From assembly GCA_018817005.1 (NCBI GenBank), contig JAHIUF010000031.1, forward strand, positions 1 through 63,352: a stretch of 63,352 nucleotides of DNA, given 5' to 3'. The position numbers were made by a program, and so were the translations under genes. This document shows positions 25,807 through 36,819 of the stretch, piece after piece; the first letter of the stretch is position 1; each line of letters opens with the position of its first letter. Under the pieces are notes generated by a model. It did no database searches and was not told the origin of the DNA. It was given only the letters and a program-made list of their open reading frames with translations. The DNA comes from Nanobdellota archaeon. GTDB taxonomy: Archaea > Nanobdellota > Nanobdellia > Woesearchaeales > GCA-2686295.

Positions 25807-26616
25807 ATGGTTGAAGAAGTATCAGAACAAAAAATCATCAGAAGAATAAGAACATATATTAACGGGCTGGATGAGCATATGGAAGGCGGAATACCTGAAG
25901 GACATGCAACACTTATAAGTGGAACGGCTGGAACGATGAAATCATCAGTCTGTTTCAACATCTTATACAATGAAGCACTTAAAGGGAAAAAAAGTTTGTA
26001 CGTATCTTTAGAACAATCCTATGAATCACTTGTTCAACATATGAGTAATATGAGATTGAATATTCACAGAATCAAATTATTACCAATAAAAGATCTTACA
26101 AAAATTAATGAGGTTGTGAACAAAGCAAAAGCCGGAGATACAGGCAGCATTATTATTGCAGATGTTGGTTGTATAAGAAATGAAATTAAAGACATTAAAC
26201 TTGGGGACAACAGAAGCTGGCTAAATGTAATAAAAAATATTATAAAAAAGATGAAAGCAGATCTTAATTGTGACTTGGTAGTTTTAGACTCAATGTCTGC
26301 GCTTTATGTGCTTTCAAGATTTGAGAATCCGAGAATAGAACTATTTTATCTTTTTGAATTCTTAAAAAGCATGGAAATAACATCTTATCTCATATCAGAA
26401 ACAACAGATAATGGTGCTTACAGCGAACTTGGAATGGAAGATTTTCTCGCCGATGGAATAATAAACCTCAGACTCACGCCTTTCAGAAGAAATATTGTTA
26501 GAGAAATTGCAATCGTTAAGATGAGAGCAACAGATTGTAATAATGATATTTTCAGTCTGGAATTTAAAAATGGACAATTCCAAGCACTTTACGGCGGACA
26601 AAACCCATTATTATAA
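25807..26616 (+). CDS. KaiC/RadA-paralogue-like single-domain RecA-fold ATPase
   Basis: GGIPEGHATLISGTAGTMKSS (P-loop with Met where the conserved Gly is expected), Walker B DLVVLDSMSAL, ~270 aa. Confidence 0.65.
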   Translation: MVEEVSEQKIIRRIRTYINGLDEHMEGGIPEGHATLISGTAGTMKSSVCFNILYNEALKGKKSLYVSLEQSYESLVQHMSNMRLNIHRIKLLPIKDLTKINEVVNKAKAGDTGSIIIADVGCIRNEIKDIKLGDNRSWLNVIKNIIKKMKADLNCDLVVLDSMSALYVLSRFENPRIELFYLFEFLKSMEITSYLISETTDNGAYSELGMEDFLADGIINLRLTPFRRNIVREIAIVKMRATDCNNDIFSLEFKNGQFQALYGGQNPLL

Positions 26617-26695
26617 AAACTAATTTTTTATTTTTTTCACAAAATTTCTCTTTGCAAAAGACTTAAAAATAAAATCTGATTCTATTTTACGAAAA

Positions 26696-26977
26696 ATGAA
26701 TTTAATAACAGATATAATAAAAATATTGTCTTTACCACAGGAAATAAGCGAAAAAACAAAGAGAACCGCCCTAAAAGAATTGATTGAGAACAACATTGAC
26801 TACGACTTGTCAGAAGATTTTGTCAAAAAAGAAAAAACATTTGCAGAAGAATATAAAATTCTTGGAACAACAGATTTCTTAGAGAAGTATTCCGGTTTAT
26901 TTTCCGAAGACCAGCAATTGGGTATTGAAATAACCGTGCTTGACAAAACAATTTATGAATTGTACAAAAAGGATTAA
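26696..26977 (+). CDS. Hypothetical protein
   Basis: 93-aa ORF on the same strand between the KaiC-like gene and herA. No motifs recognised. Confidence 0.35.
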   Translation: MNLITDIIKILSLPQEISEKTKRTALKELIENNIDYDLSEDFVKKEKTFAEEYKILGTTDFLEKYSGLFSEDQQLGIEITVLDKTIYELYKKD

Positions 26978-27020
26978 AAAACCCAAAACATTTTTAATAA
27001 GGAATAAGTTCTTTTAACTT

Positions 27021-28550
27021 ATGATTAAGGGGCAGGTTGTTTCTGGAAGATTTGGAGAAATAGTTGCAAGAGTCAAATCAGATGTTGATTTAGAGCTTGG
27101 AGAACTATTAACTGCAGACTCAAAAGCTGGAAAAGTACTACTGCAAGTTTATGATTTGGTTTATAGCAGCCAGATATCTCAGCAAAATCTTGAGTTAATA
27201 TCTGGTATGAATCTCGAAGAGTCATCTGACTTTGAATTTATGGATGCAAAACTAAGAAATTATGAACTTGCACTTCTAAAAAGCCTTGTAACGATAAAGC
27301 CTAAAAAAGTCGTTTCATCTAAATCACTACCAACTTTTTTTTCAGAAATAAAAGAAATCACCAAAGAAGATGTAACCTTTCTCACAAAGCCTAAAGAACC
27401 TCTTTTTTTAGGAAATCTCAGGTCAGGAACAAGAGATTTGAATTTTCCAGTGTTTCTACCCGCAGAAAAAGTGTTTTCTCATCACGTATTAATAACTGGA
27501 ACAACAGGAAAGGGAAAAAGTGTTTTGATGACAAACCTTATTTGGGATACTATTGAAAAAGAATCTTGTGCACTGCTAGTTTTAGATCCTCATGATGAAT
27601 ATTTTGGAAGAAACAAAAAAGGACTAAAAGACCATCCTTCAAAAAAAGTGTGTTATTACACTTCTAAAAATCCACCCACAGGTCAAAAAACATTAAAAAT
27701 AAATCTCAAATGCGTAAAACCTCACCACTTATCGTTTATAGACTTTTCACAACCGCAAAGACAAGCAATGGGTTTATACTATAAAAAATATGGTGATAAA
27801 TGGGTTGAAGCAGTAATCCTTGAAAAACCTCTGAATGTTGATTTTAATGAAGCAACAATCTCAGTTCTAAAGAGAAGACTATTATCATTACTAGACTTGG
27901 ATTTTAATGATACACAGGTTTTTTGCGAGGGAATTTTCTCTCTCAATGCTGGTGAAACAATAATTTCTGATATTTGCTCAGAATTAGAATCCAGCAAAAC
28001 AGTTATTGTTGATACAAGCAACTTCTCAGGGCAAACAGAACTTTTAATAGGCTCTCTTGTTGCAAGCGAAATACTCAGACGTTATAAAAATTACAAGATA
28101 AAAGGAGAAATTGATAAAAAACCTGTTATAAGTGTCGTCTTAGAAGAAGCGCCAAGAGTTATTGGCAAAGAAATCCTAGAAAAAGGATCAAATGTGTTTT
28201 CAACCATTGCAAGAGAAGGTCGAAAATTTAAAGTTGGACTGGTTGCAATAACGCAACTTCCAAGTTTGATTCCAAGAGTTATTCTTGCAAACATGAACAC
28301 GAAAATAATTCTTGGAACTGAAATGAATTCAGAAAGACAAGCAATAATTGAGTCTGCTTCACAAGACTTAAGCAGCGATAATAGATCAATTGCAAGCCTT
28401 GATGTGGGTGAAGCAATTGTTTCAAGTAATTTTTCTAAATTTGCACTTCCAATTCATATTCCTCTATTTGAAGATATGATACAAAAACAAAAAAAAGAAG
28501 AAAAAGAAGATAGTTCGATTAAAACAGTTTTTTCAGGTGTAAAATTATGA
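27021..28550 (+). CDS. herA: HerA-type hexameric DNA helicase/translocase (DUF87 ATPase)
   Basis: N-terminal HAS-barrel-like [15 protein letters not shown], Walker [11 protein letters not shown], Walker [10 protein letters not shown], and ARE-GRKF block. 4-nt overlap with mre11. Confidence 0.8.
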   Translation: MIKGQVVSGRFGEIVARVKSDVDLELGELLTADSKAGKVLLQVYDLVYSSQISQQNLELISGMNLEESSDFEFMDAKLRNYELALLKSLVTIKPKKVVSSKSLPTFFSEIKEITKEDVTFLTKPKEPLFLGNLRSGTRDLNFPVFLPAEKVFSHHVLITGTTGKGKSVLMTNLIWDTIEKESCALLVLDPHDEYFGRNKKGLKDHPSKKVCYYTSKNPPTGQKTLKINLKCVKPHHLSFIDFSQPQRQAMGLYYKKYGDKWVEAVILEKPLNVDFNEATISVLKRRLLSLLDLDFNDTQVFCEGIFSLNAGETIISDICSELESSKTVIVDTSNFSGQTELLIGSLVASEILRRYKNYKIKGEIDKKPVISVVLEEAPRVIGKEILEKGSNVFSTIAREGRKFKVGLVAITQLPSLIPRVILANMNTKIILGTEMNSERQAIIESASQDLSSDNRSIASLDVGEAIVSSNFSKFALPIHIPLFEDMIQKQKKEEKEDSSIKTVFSGVKL

Positions 28551-29758
28551 AGTTTGCTCACATGGCTGATTGTCATATTGGTTCGTGGCGAGATCCAAAA
28601 CTTAAAGAGTTGTCAATCCTTGCCTTTGAAAGAGCAGTTGATATCTGTATAGAAAAAAAAGTTGATTTCATACTTATCTGCGGAGACCTATTCAACACTT
28701 CACTTCCTGGAATTGATTTTTTGAAGCGAACAACAAAAAAATTAAAAGAACTTGAAAGAAAAGAAATTACTGTTTATGTTATCCCCGGAAGCCACGATTT
28801 TTCTCCAAGCGGAAAAACAATCCTTGATGTGCTAGAAGAAGCCGAACTACTAATAAACGTGGTCAAAGGTTCTGTTAAAGACGACATTCTTAAATTAAAG
28901 TTCACCATTAATAAAAAAACTGGTACAAAAATTACTGGGCTTCTTGGACGAAGAGGGCTTTTAGAAAGATCTTATTATGAAAAGCTTGATAAAAAAAGTC
29001 TTGAAGAAGAACCTGGTTCAAAGATTTTTATGTTTCACACAGCCCTTTCTGAACTTAAACCAATAGAACTTGAAAAAATGGATTCAGCACCAATATCTTT
29101 CCTTCCAAAAGGTTTTGAATATTATGCAGGGGGACATGTTCATATTGTTCGCGATGAAACACTTGAAGGTTACAAGAAAGTTGTTTATCCTGGTCCTTTA
29201 TTTCCTGCTAATTTTTCAGAACTTGAAAAACTCAAGCAGGGAGGTTTTTACATTTATAATCATGGAAAACTTGAATTTATGCCTATTAATGTAAAAAATG
29301 TATTTCTTTTACAAGTTGACGCACATAGAAAAACACCTCAAGAGGTCTTTGAAGAAATTGTTGATGTCATAAAAAATCATGAGTTCAACAACACAATCGT
29401 CCTTTTAAGGATTTTTGGAAAATTGAAATCAGGTAAACCTTCGGATGTTGATTTTAAAAAAATATTTACTATGATTTATGGTAAAGCTGCATTTTTTGTT
29501 ATGAAAAACACTTCAAAACTTATAAGTGAGGAGTTTGAAGAAATAAAAATAACCGCTAGTTCTGTAGAAGAAATTGAAAATGAAATTATAAAAGAGAATT
29601 TGGGTCAAATAAATACTTCTTTTTCTAAAAACGAAGAAGTGGTTGCAAAAAAATTTTTGGAGATTTTAACAACAGAGAAAAAAGAAGGCGAAAAAGTTTA
29701 TGAATTTAATAAACGCATAAAAGATGAACTTGATAATATTTTAAATTTGAATGAATAA
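28547..29758 (+). CDS. mre11: Mre11/SbcD-type DNA repair nuclease
   Basis: Calcineurin-like phosphoesterase motifs [19 protein letters not shown] and GGHVH in the canonical order. Confidence 0.85.
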   Translation: MKFAHMADCHIGSWRDPKLKELSILAFERAVDICIEKKVDFILICGDLFNTSLPGIDFLKRTTKKLKELERKEITVYVIPGSHDFSPSGKTILDVLEEAELLINVVKGSVKDDILKLKFTINKKTGTKITGLLGRRGLLERSYYEKLDKKSLEEEPGSKIFMFHTALSELKPIELEKMDSAPISFLPKGFEYYAGGHVHIVRDETLEGYKKVVYPGPLFPANFSELEKLKQGGFYIYNHGKLEFMPINVKNVFLLQVDAHRKTPQEVFEEIVDVIKNHEFNNTIVLLRIFGKLKSGKPSDVDFKKIFTMIYGKAAFFVMKNTSKLISEEFEEIKITASSVEEIENEIIKENLGQINTSFSKNEEVVAKKFLEILTTEKKEGEKVYEFNKRIKDELDNILNLNE

Positions 29759-29769
29759 GTCTTTTCTAG

Positions 29770-30339
29770 CTAAAGTTTTTTTACAGCCTCACATAAATTA
29801 TTGGTCTTTTCCCATGTTCGCTCAAGTCTTTTATTGGCTTCAAAGATGAGTATTTTGAGATAATCTTCTGAAATAAGTATTTTTCCTTCTGCAGCGATGA
29901 TTGTTTCAATTTTTTCTGTTGACCAAAGTTCAATCATTAAGTGTTTTTCAACTTCAAAAAGACCACCACGTTTAAATCCGATTCTTCTTGCAATTCTCAA
30001 CAGTTTAGATGCGCTTTTCAGGTCTTTTGCGCAAATATGGATTATTGCTGGCTCTTGTCTAAACCAAAGTTTTTCTGTGCTGTCATATTTTTTCAAGGAG
30101 TCTTTTAATTCTTTATAGTCTCCTTTTTTATGGGTTCGATAAATAAACTGTGCTTCTCTCTTGCTTCCAGAAAGAGGTATTTGTATAAGAATTATTCTTC
30201 CAGAACAAGAACTGGTTGTGTAATAGTTTTCTTTAGAATTGATAATATCAATGAGTTGTTCTATAGGTTTATCTACTGCGCCAATATTGCTTTTGTCTTT
30301 TCGTTGCATAATTCTTTTTTTATCGCTTAAAAAAGTCAT
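29770..30339 (-). CDS. taw3: tRNA wyosine-derivative methyltransferase Taw3/TYW3
   Basis: YYTTSSCSGRIIL hallmark motif and ~190 aa length. Confidence 0.8.
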   Translation of the reverse strand: MTFLSDKKRIMQRKDKSNIGAVDKPIEQLIDIINSKENYYTTSSCSGRIILIQIPLSGSKREAQFIYRTHKKGDYKELKDSLKKYDSTEKLWFRQEPAIIHICAKDLKSASKLLRIARRIGFKRGGLFEVEKHLMIELWSTEKIETIIAAEGKILISEDYLKILIFEANKRLERTWEKTNNLCEAVKKL

Positions 30340-30841
30340 GTTTCATAAGTTGTGTTTTTTCAATGTATTCTAAATCTAAATCTTTTTCAATTTCAGGATG
30401 AAGTTTTGCGCTAATATAATTTTTCACTATCAATACTTTTTTAACTTTAAACCATTTAGTGTAACATATTTCAATCATTGCTCCAGGCGAATATCCTACA
30501 ACAAGCAAAACATCTGATTCTTCGCAAAGTTTTTCAGGCTGATTTCTCCAGGTTCCACAAGTTATTATTTCATCAGCAAGACTTGGCTCAACATCTAAAA
30601 GACCCCAATCATCATCGTCTGTTGGTATTATACCTATAATTCTTTTTCCACCAGCGTTTTTATATGCTTTAGCAATTATTCCGGGTGCATTTGTTTGTGC
30701 TGGTACAACTACAAGTTCATGACCTGTGAGTGCTATCTGCTTACCAATATTTTCTAAAAAAGAAAAATAATCTATTTTTTTCAACTTCAAAGTTTCGCAA
30801 AACTCTTTGATTCTTGTCGGTCCTGCTATTCCTATCTTCAT
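30320..30841 (-). CDS. LOG/TIGR00725-like Rossmann-fold protein (tentative)
   Basis: MKIGIAGP N-terminus, GGKRIIGIIP and GYSPGAMIEI resemble the SLOG/LOG family. ATG at 30841 directly follows the corA stop. Confidence 0.4.
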   Translation of the reverse strand: MKIGIAGPTRIKEFCETLKLKKIDYFSFLENIGKQIALTGHELVVVPAQTNAPGIIAKAYKNAGGKRIIGIIPTDDDDWGLLDVEPSLADEIITCGTWRNQPEKLCEESDVLLVVGYSPGAMIEICYTKWFKVKKVLIVKNYISAKLHPEIEKDLDLEYIEKTQLMKHDFFKR

Positions 30842-30843
30842 TT

Positions 30844-31782
30844 TTACAACCAATCAATTTTATTGAAGATTATTAGACCTATAACAACTATCAGAAACAT
30901 TATAATCATCAGATAAATGAATGCCAATGGTGATTGCTGCAAAGGAAGATTTATGTTCATACCATATATTCCAGTGATGAGGGTTGGTATCATTATTATT
31001 AATGCAAGAGACGTTAATTTTTTCATAAATTTATTTAGTCTGTGACTGGCAGCAACTGACTGAAAATTAAAAAGGTTTGAGATTACTTCTCGCTGTACTT
31101 TTTCTGTATCTCTTACCTGTAATGCATCATAGTAAAGTTCTGTAAAACTTGAAAGGTCTGCTTTTGTAAAATTCTTAAAATAACTTTTTCTTAGTCCATT
31201 TAACACCTCAATATTTGCAAGTACTGCTTGATTAAAATGAGTTAATGTAACATTTGAATCATAAAGATTCGACAATTGCTTATCTGAAATGTTCAAGCCT
31301 TTGCTTTCTAAAACATCTGTTAAATTCGCAATTTTATCTATTGACGATAAGAACTCGTCATTAATATTATCTAAAAAGTAAGAGAGCATTCCCCCTTGTC
31401 CTTTTTTAAAGAGAAACTTGAGTTTGTTTTTGTTAACTAGACTCGCCGTTTTTTGAAATACGTTTAACGGCTCTTTTTCAACAGTTACAAAAATTTGTTT
31501 TATCAAAAAAATATTAACTGGAATAGTTGTTATTTCATCATTTTCTCTAAACGGTGCTTGATATACTAATTCCAAAAATCGACCCTGTTCCAAACGCGGT
31601 CTTTCTTCTTCTTCTAAAAATTCTTTAAATTCATCTAGTGGAATTTCTAGTTTTTCAGATATTAATTGAAGTTTTTCTTCAGACTCATTAATTACCCTTA
31701 TCCAGGTAAGTTTTTTATTGTTTACTTGGTCTAAATTCTCAACTCGTTCTATATCTTTACCATTATAAGTGTAGATTTCCAT
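30844..31782 (-). CDS. corA: CorA-family magnesium/cobalt transporter
   Basis: GIYGMNINLP (GMN motif) lies between two C-terminal TM helices, after a cytoplasmic N-terminal domain. Confidence 0.9.
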   Translation of the reverse strand: MEIYTYNGKDIERVENLDQVNNKKLTWIRVINESEEKLQLISEKLEIPLDEFKEFLEEEERPRLEQGRFLELVYQAPFRENDEITTIPVNIFLIKQIFVTVEKEPLNVFQKTASLVNKNKLKFLFKKGQGGMLSYFLDNINDEFLSSIDKIANLTDVLESKGLNISDKQLSNLYDSNVTLTHFNQAVLANIEVLNGLRKSYFKNFTKADLSSFTELYYDALQVRDTEKVQREVISNLFNFQSVAASHRLNKFMKKLTSLALIIMIPTLITGIYGMNINLPLQQSPLAFIYLMIIMFLIVVIGLIIFNKIDWL

Positions 31783-31830
31783 AAGTGAAAGAAAAATACT
31801 TGCTTTTAAAAATGTATTTAATAATAGAAA

Positions 31831-33147
31831 TTAAATTGTAGATTCTATAATTTTTATTGCTTCTTCTTTACTAACATAATGTCTAGATTTATCAACATTT
31901 ATTGGAGAAGCAACATCATCACCGTCAATATTAACCATATTAACTGCTTCAGTCAAAGGCTTTTGAACATTCAACCAAAAATAAACCTTATTATTATCCC
32001 AAAAAAATGTTTGATACCATTTATTTTCAATAAGAGTAACTTTTGTTCCTTTAATATTTAAATCCTCTACTTTATATTCAGCGTTATTATTTGATAATTG
32101 AATAACAGAACCTAAAATTAAAATTGGAGAAGTTGATTCAGAAAATTCAAAACCACAACCAGTACAACTAGATTCTTCTATAGACCTCATAGTTCTAAAG
32201 TTAACTACTTCATATTCAAATCCTTGAGACTCAGTTTTTTGAAAATTACTATATCTTGAAATTACAGCAGATTCAGGACAAGGATTTTTCATAGGACTTC
32301 TCTCTTCTCGTTCAAGATCTTCGCTTATATCTTCAGGTACAAAAAGAAATTCAAAACCTTCAGGCAAATAAGTAGGAATGACAACTTCAAAGTCTGCTTC
32401 TTCTAATCGTCTATGATTATTGACACAAGAAGAAAAAGTTCCTGTAACTTGTTCTCTTAAAGCATTTTCTTCTATTTCAGCATCAGGAAATTGTGTTCTT
32501 AAATCAAAGAAATCATCGGTTATACCAGTGTTAATCTTTATATCTGTCAAATAGTTTGATTTTAATAAACAATTGGTATTTGAAAAATCAATATTATTTT
32601 CTAACATAAAATTATTCAAAAACTTGCAAGTTTCTTCACTTAAAAAATAGTTTTCTTTTAGGACTAAATAAGTTTCTTTTTCAACATAATAAACTTGTTT
32701 GTTACCATTATTCGCCTCTAAAGTTAAAATATAAACAGAGTTTTTATCATAAATTCCTTCTTCAATACTAATAACCTTATATCTATCCATTAAATCAACT
32801 AACACTTTCGAGAAATCAGGAGAGTAGTCACTTTCATCTCTTAAAAAACTCTTAAACAAGTATAATTTATTTTCTATCTTTTTATAAACATATTCATATT
32901 CAAGATTTGCAGATTTTACTTCTTCATCTGTTTCAGTATAATAATAACCTTTGTTATTTACAGTAAAAGACATTGTTTCATCTTCTTCAGTTCCTTGCAA
33001 GTTTGAAGAATGAGTTACACCAGAAAAATCCATTCTGCTTTCAAATCCTCTTTGCAATTCTTTTGCAAATGCTCTTGCTTCTAAACCAGTACAGCTAGAA
33101 AGAATAAACACCATTAAAATTAAGAATGTAAAAACAATTTTTTTCAT
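31831..33147 (-). CDS. Secreted lipobox protein, LolA-like plus DUF4367-like regions (tentative)
   Basis: Signal sequence ends in ILSSCTG. The second half contains the IPTYLPEGFEF-type motif. Confidence 0.4.
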   Translation of the reverse strand: MKKIVFTFLILMVFILSSCTGLEARAFAKELQRGFESRMDFSGVTHSSNLQGTEEDETMSFTVNNKGYYYTETDEEVKSANLEYEYVYKKIENKLYLFKSFLRDESDYSPDFSKVLVDLMDRYKVISIEEGIYDKNSVYILTLEANNGNKQVYYVEKETYLVLKENYFLSEETCKFLNNFMLENNIDFSNTNCLLKSNYLTDIKINTGITDDFFDLRTQFPDAEIEENALREQVTGTFSSCVNNHRRLEEADFEVVIPTYLPEGFEFLFVPEDISEDLEREERSPMKNPCPESAVISRYSNFQKTESQGFEYEVVNFRTMRSIEESSCTGCGFEFSESTSPILILGSVIQLSNNNAEYKVEDLNIKGTKVTLIENKWYQTFFWDNNKVYFWLNVQKPLTEAVNMVNIDGDDVASPINVDKSRHYVSKEEAIKIIESTI

Positions 33148-33202
33148 ATAAAGTTACCCTATTAGGAAAGAAGAAAGTTAAATAAGTTTAAAAAGGTGTT
33201 GT

Positions 33203-34498
33203 TTACGGTTCTTTTCTTAGCATTGTTCTTGGAAATGGTATTGCATCTTTTATATTATCTATTTTGCAAATCCAAGCAATTACTCTTTCAACACCAACAC
33301 CGTATCCTGCGTGTGGAACAGAACCATATCTTCGAAGATCAAAGTACCAATCATAGTTTTTTATGTTTTCTCCTTGTTTTTCTAGTTCTTCTTCCATTTC
33401 TTTAATATTTGTACTTCTCTGACTGCCGCCAATAATTTCTCCATAACCTTCTGGTGCAAGCATGTCAAAGCATAATGCTTCATCAGGAATTTCTGGGTCT
33501 TTTGGTTTATAAAAAGCCATTGCTTCCTTTGGGTAATGCGTAACAATAATTGGTGTTTTAAAATGAGTCATTAGTTTTTCTTCTTCTATTGTTCTTAAGT
33601 CTTTACCGAATTCCACATTCATACCTGATTTTTCTTTAAGAATTTTTAATGCTTTACGATATTTGATTGTTGGCCAATCTTTTTCAACCATTTCTAAAAG
33701 TTCTTTGGAATCTCTTTCTAATATTTTTAGTTCCTCAGAGCAGTCTTCGGCTACTTTTTTTATACAGTATTTTAATTCTTTCTTTGCAAACGCAGTTACT
33801 TTTTCCAGATCAAACCATGCAGCTTCCATTTCTGCCATCCAAAATTCTGATAAGTGTCTTGAAGTTTTGGACTTTTCTGCTCTAAAAGTAGGTCCCATGT
33901 TGTATATTTTTTCAAGAGCAAATACTCCTGCTTCAGCGTATAATTGCCAGCTTTGTGAAAGATATGTTTTGTCTTTGTAGTATTTAACTTCAAATAAAGT
34001 GCTTCCACCTTCGCATTGATTTGGCTGCAGAATTGGTGCATCAAACCTGTAAAATCCTTCTTTTCTAAAAAATTCGTCTCTTGCCTGAACATATCGGCTT
34101 CTGATTTTCATTATGGTTGAAAGTCTTCTTGATCTTATCCATAAATGTCTTTTGTCAAGTAAAAATTCTGGACTTTGATCTTTTGTTATTGGATATGTGT
34201 CGCTTTCTCCTATGATATTGAATTCATTGACTGAGATTTCATATCCTGTTGGTGCTCGATCATCTTTTTTTATTGTTCCATGTAATTCCATTGATGTTTC
34301 TATTTGTATTCCTACAGCGGAGTTCCATTTTTCATCTGAAAAGGCATCTTTTTTTATAACGCATTGTATGATATCTGAGGAGTCTCTTAATACTATAAAT
34401 TTTATTTTGTTTGAGCCTCTTTCTCGATAAACCCATCCTCTTATAGAAACTTCGCTTTCGCCTTTATTCATGGCTTCTTTTATTGATATGAATGTCAT
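33203..34498 (-). CDS. asnS: Asparaginyl-tRNA synthetase
   Basis: Class IIb motifs GPTFRAEKSKTSRHLSEFWMAEME and GGSQRS...WYFDLRRYGSVPHAGYGVGVERV. 431 aa. Confidence 0.85.
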   Translation of the reverse strand: MTFISIKEAMNKGESEVSIRGWVYRERGSNKIKFIVLRDSSDIIQCVIKKDAFSDEKWNSAVGIQIETSMELHGTIKKDDRAPTGYEISVNEFNIIGESDTYPITKDQSPEFLLDKRHLWIRSRRLSTIMKIRSRYVQARDEFFRKEGFYRFDAPILQPNQCEGGSTLFEVKYYKDKTYLSQSWQLYAEAGVFALEKIYNMGPTFRAEKSKTSRHLSEFWMAEMEAAWFDLEKVTAFAKKELKYCIKKVAEDCSEELKILERDSKELLEMVEKDWPTIKYRKALKILKEKSGMNVEFGKDLRTIEEEKLMTHFKTPIIVTHYPKEAMAFYKPKDPEIPDEALCFDMLAPEGYGEIIGGSQRSTNIKEMEEELEKQGENIKNYDWYFDLRRYGSVPHAGYGVGVERVIAWICKIDNIKDAIPFPRTMLRKEP

Positions 34499-34620
34499 AA
34501 TATGTGTGTATACTCTTTGTTTTTAAAGTTTTTTCCTAAAAAACAACAAAAAAGTGAACAAACTAAATAAATACAATCAAAATAATAAAAATAATAAAGA
34601 TAATAAAAATAATTTATGTT

Positions 34621-34821
34621 ATGAAACTAATAGAAAATTATTTAAACAACGGATGTAACTTTTATTCCTGTATGAAAGATATAAATATTGAGTTAAAAGA
34701 TAAAACTCATTCTCTTGCAAAAGTTTGTGCAGTATTAAAAAACACAACTCTAAAACAATATATTCAAAAAGCGATAGCAGCAGCTATAGAAAAAGATAAA
34801 GAAGAATTAAAAAAATTATAA
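34621..34821 (+). CDS. Small ribbon-helix-helix-like protein (tentative)
   Basis: INIELKDKTHSLAKVCAVLKNTTLKQYIQKAIAAAI has a beta-strand/helix/helix pattern. Confidence 0.3.
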   Translation: MKLIENYLNNGCNFYSCMKDINIELKDKTHSLAKVCAVLKNTTLKQYIQKAIAAAIEKDKEELKKL

Positions 34822-36573
34822 TTATTTTTTCTTACGAATATTTATGAAAAGTTCTTTTAATTGAATCTCAGATATTTCCGAAGGGCTACCATCCATAGGA
34901 CACTCTGCATTCTTGTTCTTTGGAAATGCTATGACTTCTCTTATATCATTTGTTCCTGCAATAAGTGCAACGCTACGGTCAAGACCAAGACCCATACCTC
35001 CGTGTGGTGGACCACCATATTCATAAGCTTCGAGTAAGAACCCAAATTTTTCATGAGCTTCTTTTTTATCAAGACCAATAAACTTCATTATTCTTTCTTG
35101 GACTTTCGGAATGTTGACTCTGATTGAACCCGAGCCAAGCTCTGTTCCATTCAAAACGAGATCCCAAAGATTACCAATAACCTCTCCTGGTCTTTTTTCA
35201 AAATCATTTATGAACTCTGGTTTTGGCATTGAAAACATGTGGTGTTCAGGCGCCCATCTGTCTTCGTCTTCATTCCAAGAAAAAAGCGGAAAATCTTTGA
35301 CCCAACAAAATTTGAACTCATCCTTTTTTATCAAACCTAAATTCTCTGCAAGTTTAAATCTTAGTTTTGAAAGAATATAATTACAAATTTTGGGTTTATC
35401 TGCGATAAACATCAACACAGAACCTTTTTTTGCTCCTGTTCGTTTAATAAGCTCGTTTTGAAGCTTTGAAGAGAAAAACTTTGCAAGATTTGACTCTAAT
35501 CCTTTGTCAGTTACTTTCATCCAAGACATACCTTTTGCACCGTTGCTTTGACAAAATTCAATGTATTTATCCAATTCGTTTCTGGAAAAGTCATTACTAG
35601 GATTTATACATTTAATAAGTCCGCCATCTTTGTGTATTTGCTTGAAAACTTGAAAATCTGATTTGTCAACGATATCACTCACATCATGTAAAAACAAGTC
35701 AAATCGAATGTCTGGTTTATCAGTTCCAAATTTCTCCATTGCTTCTTTATACGTGAAAATTGGAAAGGTTGATAGATTTTTGCCAAGTAATTTTTTGAAA
35801 ATATGCTTGTAGAGTCCTTCAGTAAATGCTCTTATCTCGTCAGAAGTTACAAAACTCATCTCGAAATCCATTTGGGTGTGCTCTGGTTGTCTATCAGTTC
35901 TTAAATCCTCATCTCTAAGACAAATTGGAACTTGATAATATCTATCCACTCCTGCAATCATAAGTATTTGCTTGTAAAGCTGCGGACTTTGAGGAAGAGC
36001 AAAAAACTTCCCAGGACTAACTCTTGAAGGAACAACATAATCCCTTGCACCTTCAGGTGTTGACTTAACAAGCATTGGTGTTTGTATTTCTAAAAAGCTA
36101 TGTTTGTTGAAGTATTCCCTTGCAACAATCAGAAAATCGTTTCTTAATTTCAAATTTGCAATCATCGAAGGTCTTCGCAAATCTAGATAACGATATTTAA
36201 GCCTTGCATCATCACCTGCAACTTTATTATCATCAACCTCTAAAGGTGGTGTTTTAGATTTATTTAGTATTTCAACTTCATCAACTAAAACCTCTATTTC
36301 ACCAGTTAAAAGTTTAGGATTTATCAGATTTTTACCTCTGAATCTCACAGTTCCTTTTGCCATCAAAACATCTTCTCTTGAAAGATGTTCAGCAATTGAG
36401 TGTGATTTTTTATTGTTGGAAGGATCAAAAACTATTTGTGTCAAACCATATCTATCTCTTAAATCAATAAATATAACTCCACCATGGTCTCTTCTGGAAT
36501 GGTTCCATCCGCACAAAATAACTTTTTTCTTTATGTCCTTTTTTTTTAGTTCTCCACATGTATGTGTTCTCAT
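34822..36573 (-). CDS. aspS: Aspartyl-tRNA synthetase, long bacterial type with GAD insertion
   Basis: RTHTCGEL N-terminus, RDEDLRTDRQPEHTQMDFEMSF and GGPPHGGMGLGLDR motifs, ~583 aa. ATG at 36573 is preceded by GGTGA. Confidence 0.9.
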   Translation of the reverse strand: MRTHTCGELKKKDIKKKVILCGWNHSRRDHGGVIFIDLRDRYGLTQIVFDPSNNKKSHSIAEHLSREDVLMAKGTVRFRGKNLINPKLLTGEIEVLVDEVEILNKSKTPPLEVDDNKVAGDDARLKYRYLDLRRPSMIANLKLRNDFLIVAREYFNKHSFLEIQTPMLVKSTPEGARDYVVPSRVSPGKFFALPQSPQLYKQILMIAGVDRYYQVPICLRDEDLRTDRQPEHTQMDFEMSFVTSDEIRAFTEGLYKHIFKKLLGKNLSTFPIFTYKEAMEKFGTDKPDIRFDLFLHDVSDIVDKSDFQVFKQIHKDGGLIKCINPSNDFSRNELDKYIEFCQSNGAKGMSWMKVTDKGLESNLAKFFSSKLQNELIKRTGAKKGSVLMFIADKPKICNYILSKLRFKLAENLGLIKKDEFKFCWVKDFPLFSWNEDEDRWAPEHHMFSMPKPEFINDFEKRPGEVIGNLWDLVLNGTELGSGSIRVNIPKVQERIMKFIGLDKKEAHEKFGFLLEAYEYGGPPHGGMGLGLDRSVALIAGTNDIREVIAFPKNKNAECPMDGSPSEISEIQLKELFINIRKKK

Positions 36574-36819
36574 TATATTCACCTGTTGTTTTATTTGTTT
36601 AGTTATTCTTATTTAATTTTTTTCTTTTTATAGCTCTTTTTAGGTGTCAACAAATTTTTAGTAGGTTGACAACTACATTTAGTAGTTATCATTATTATTT
36701 GAATTATCAACTAAAAAGAACTCATTGCAATATCCAAAAATATTAAGATTTTGCATGAAAACAAGAAGAAAAGATTTGTTTATAAAATTTTTGGGTGAAA
36801 TTTTTGTTTAAACAAAAAA

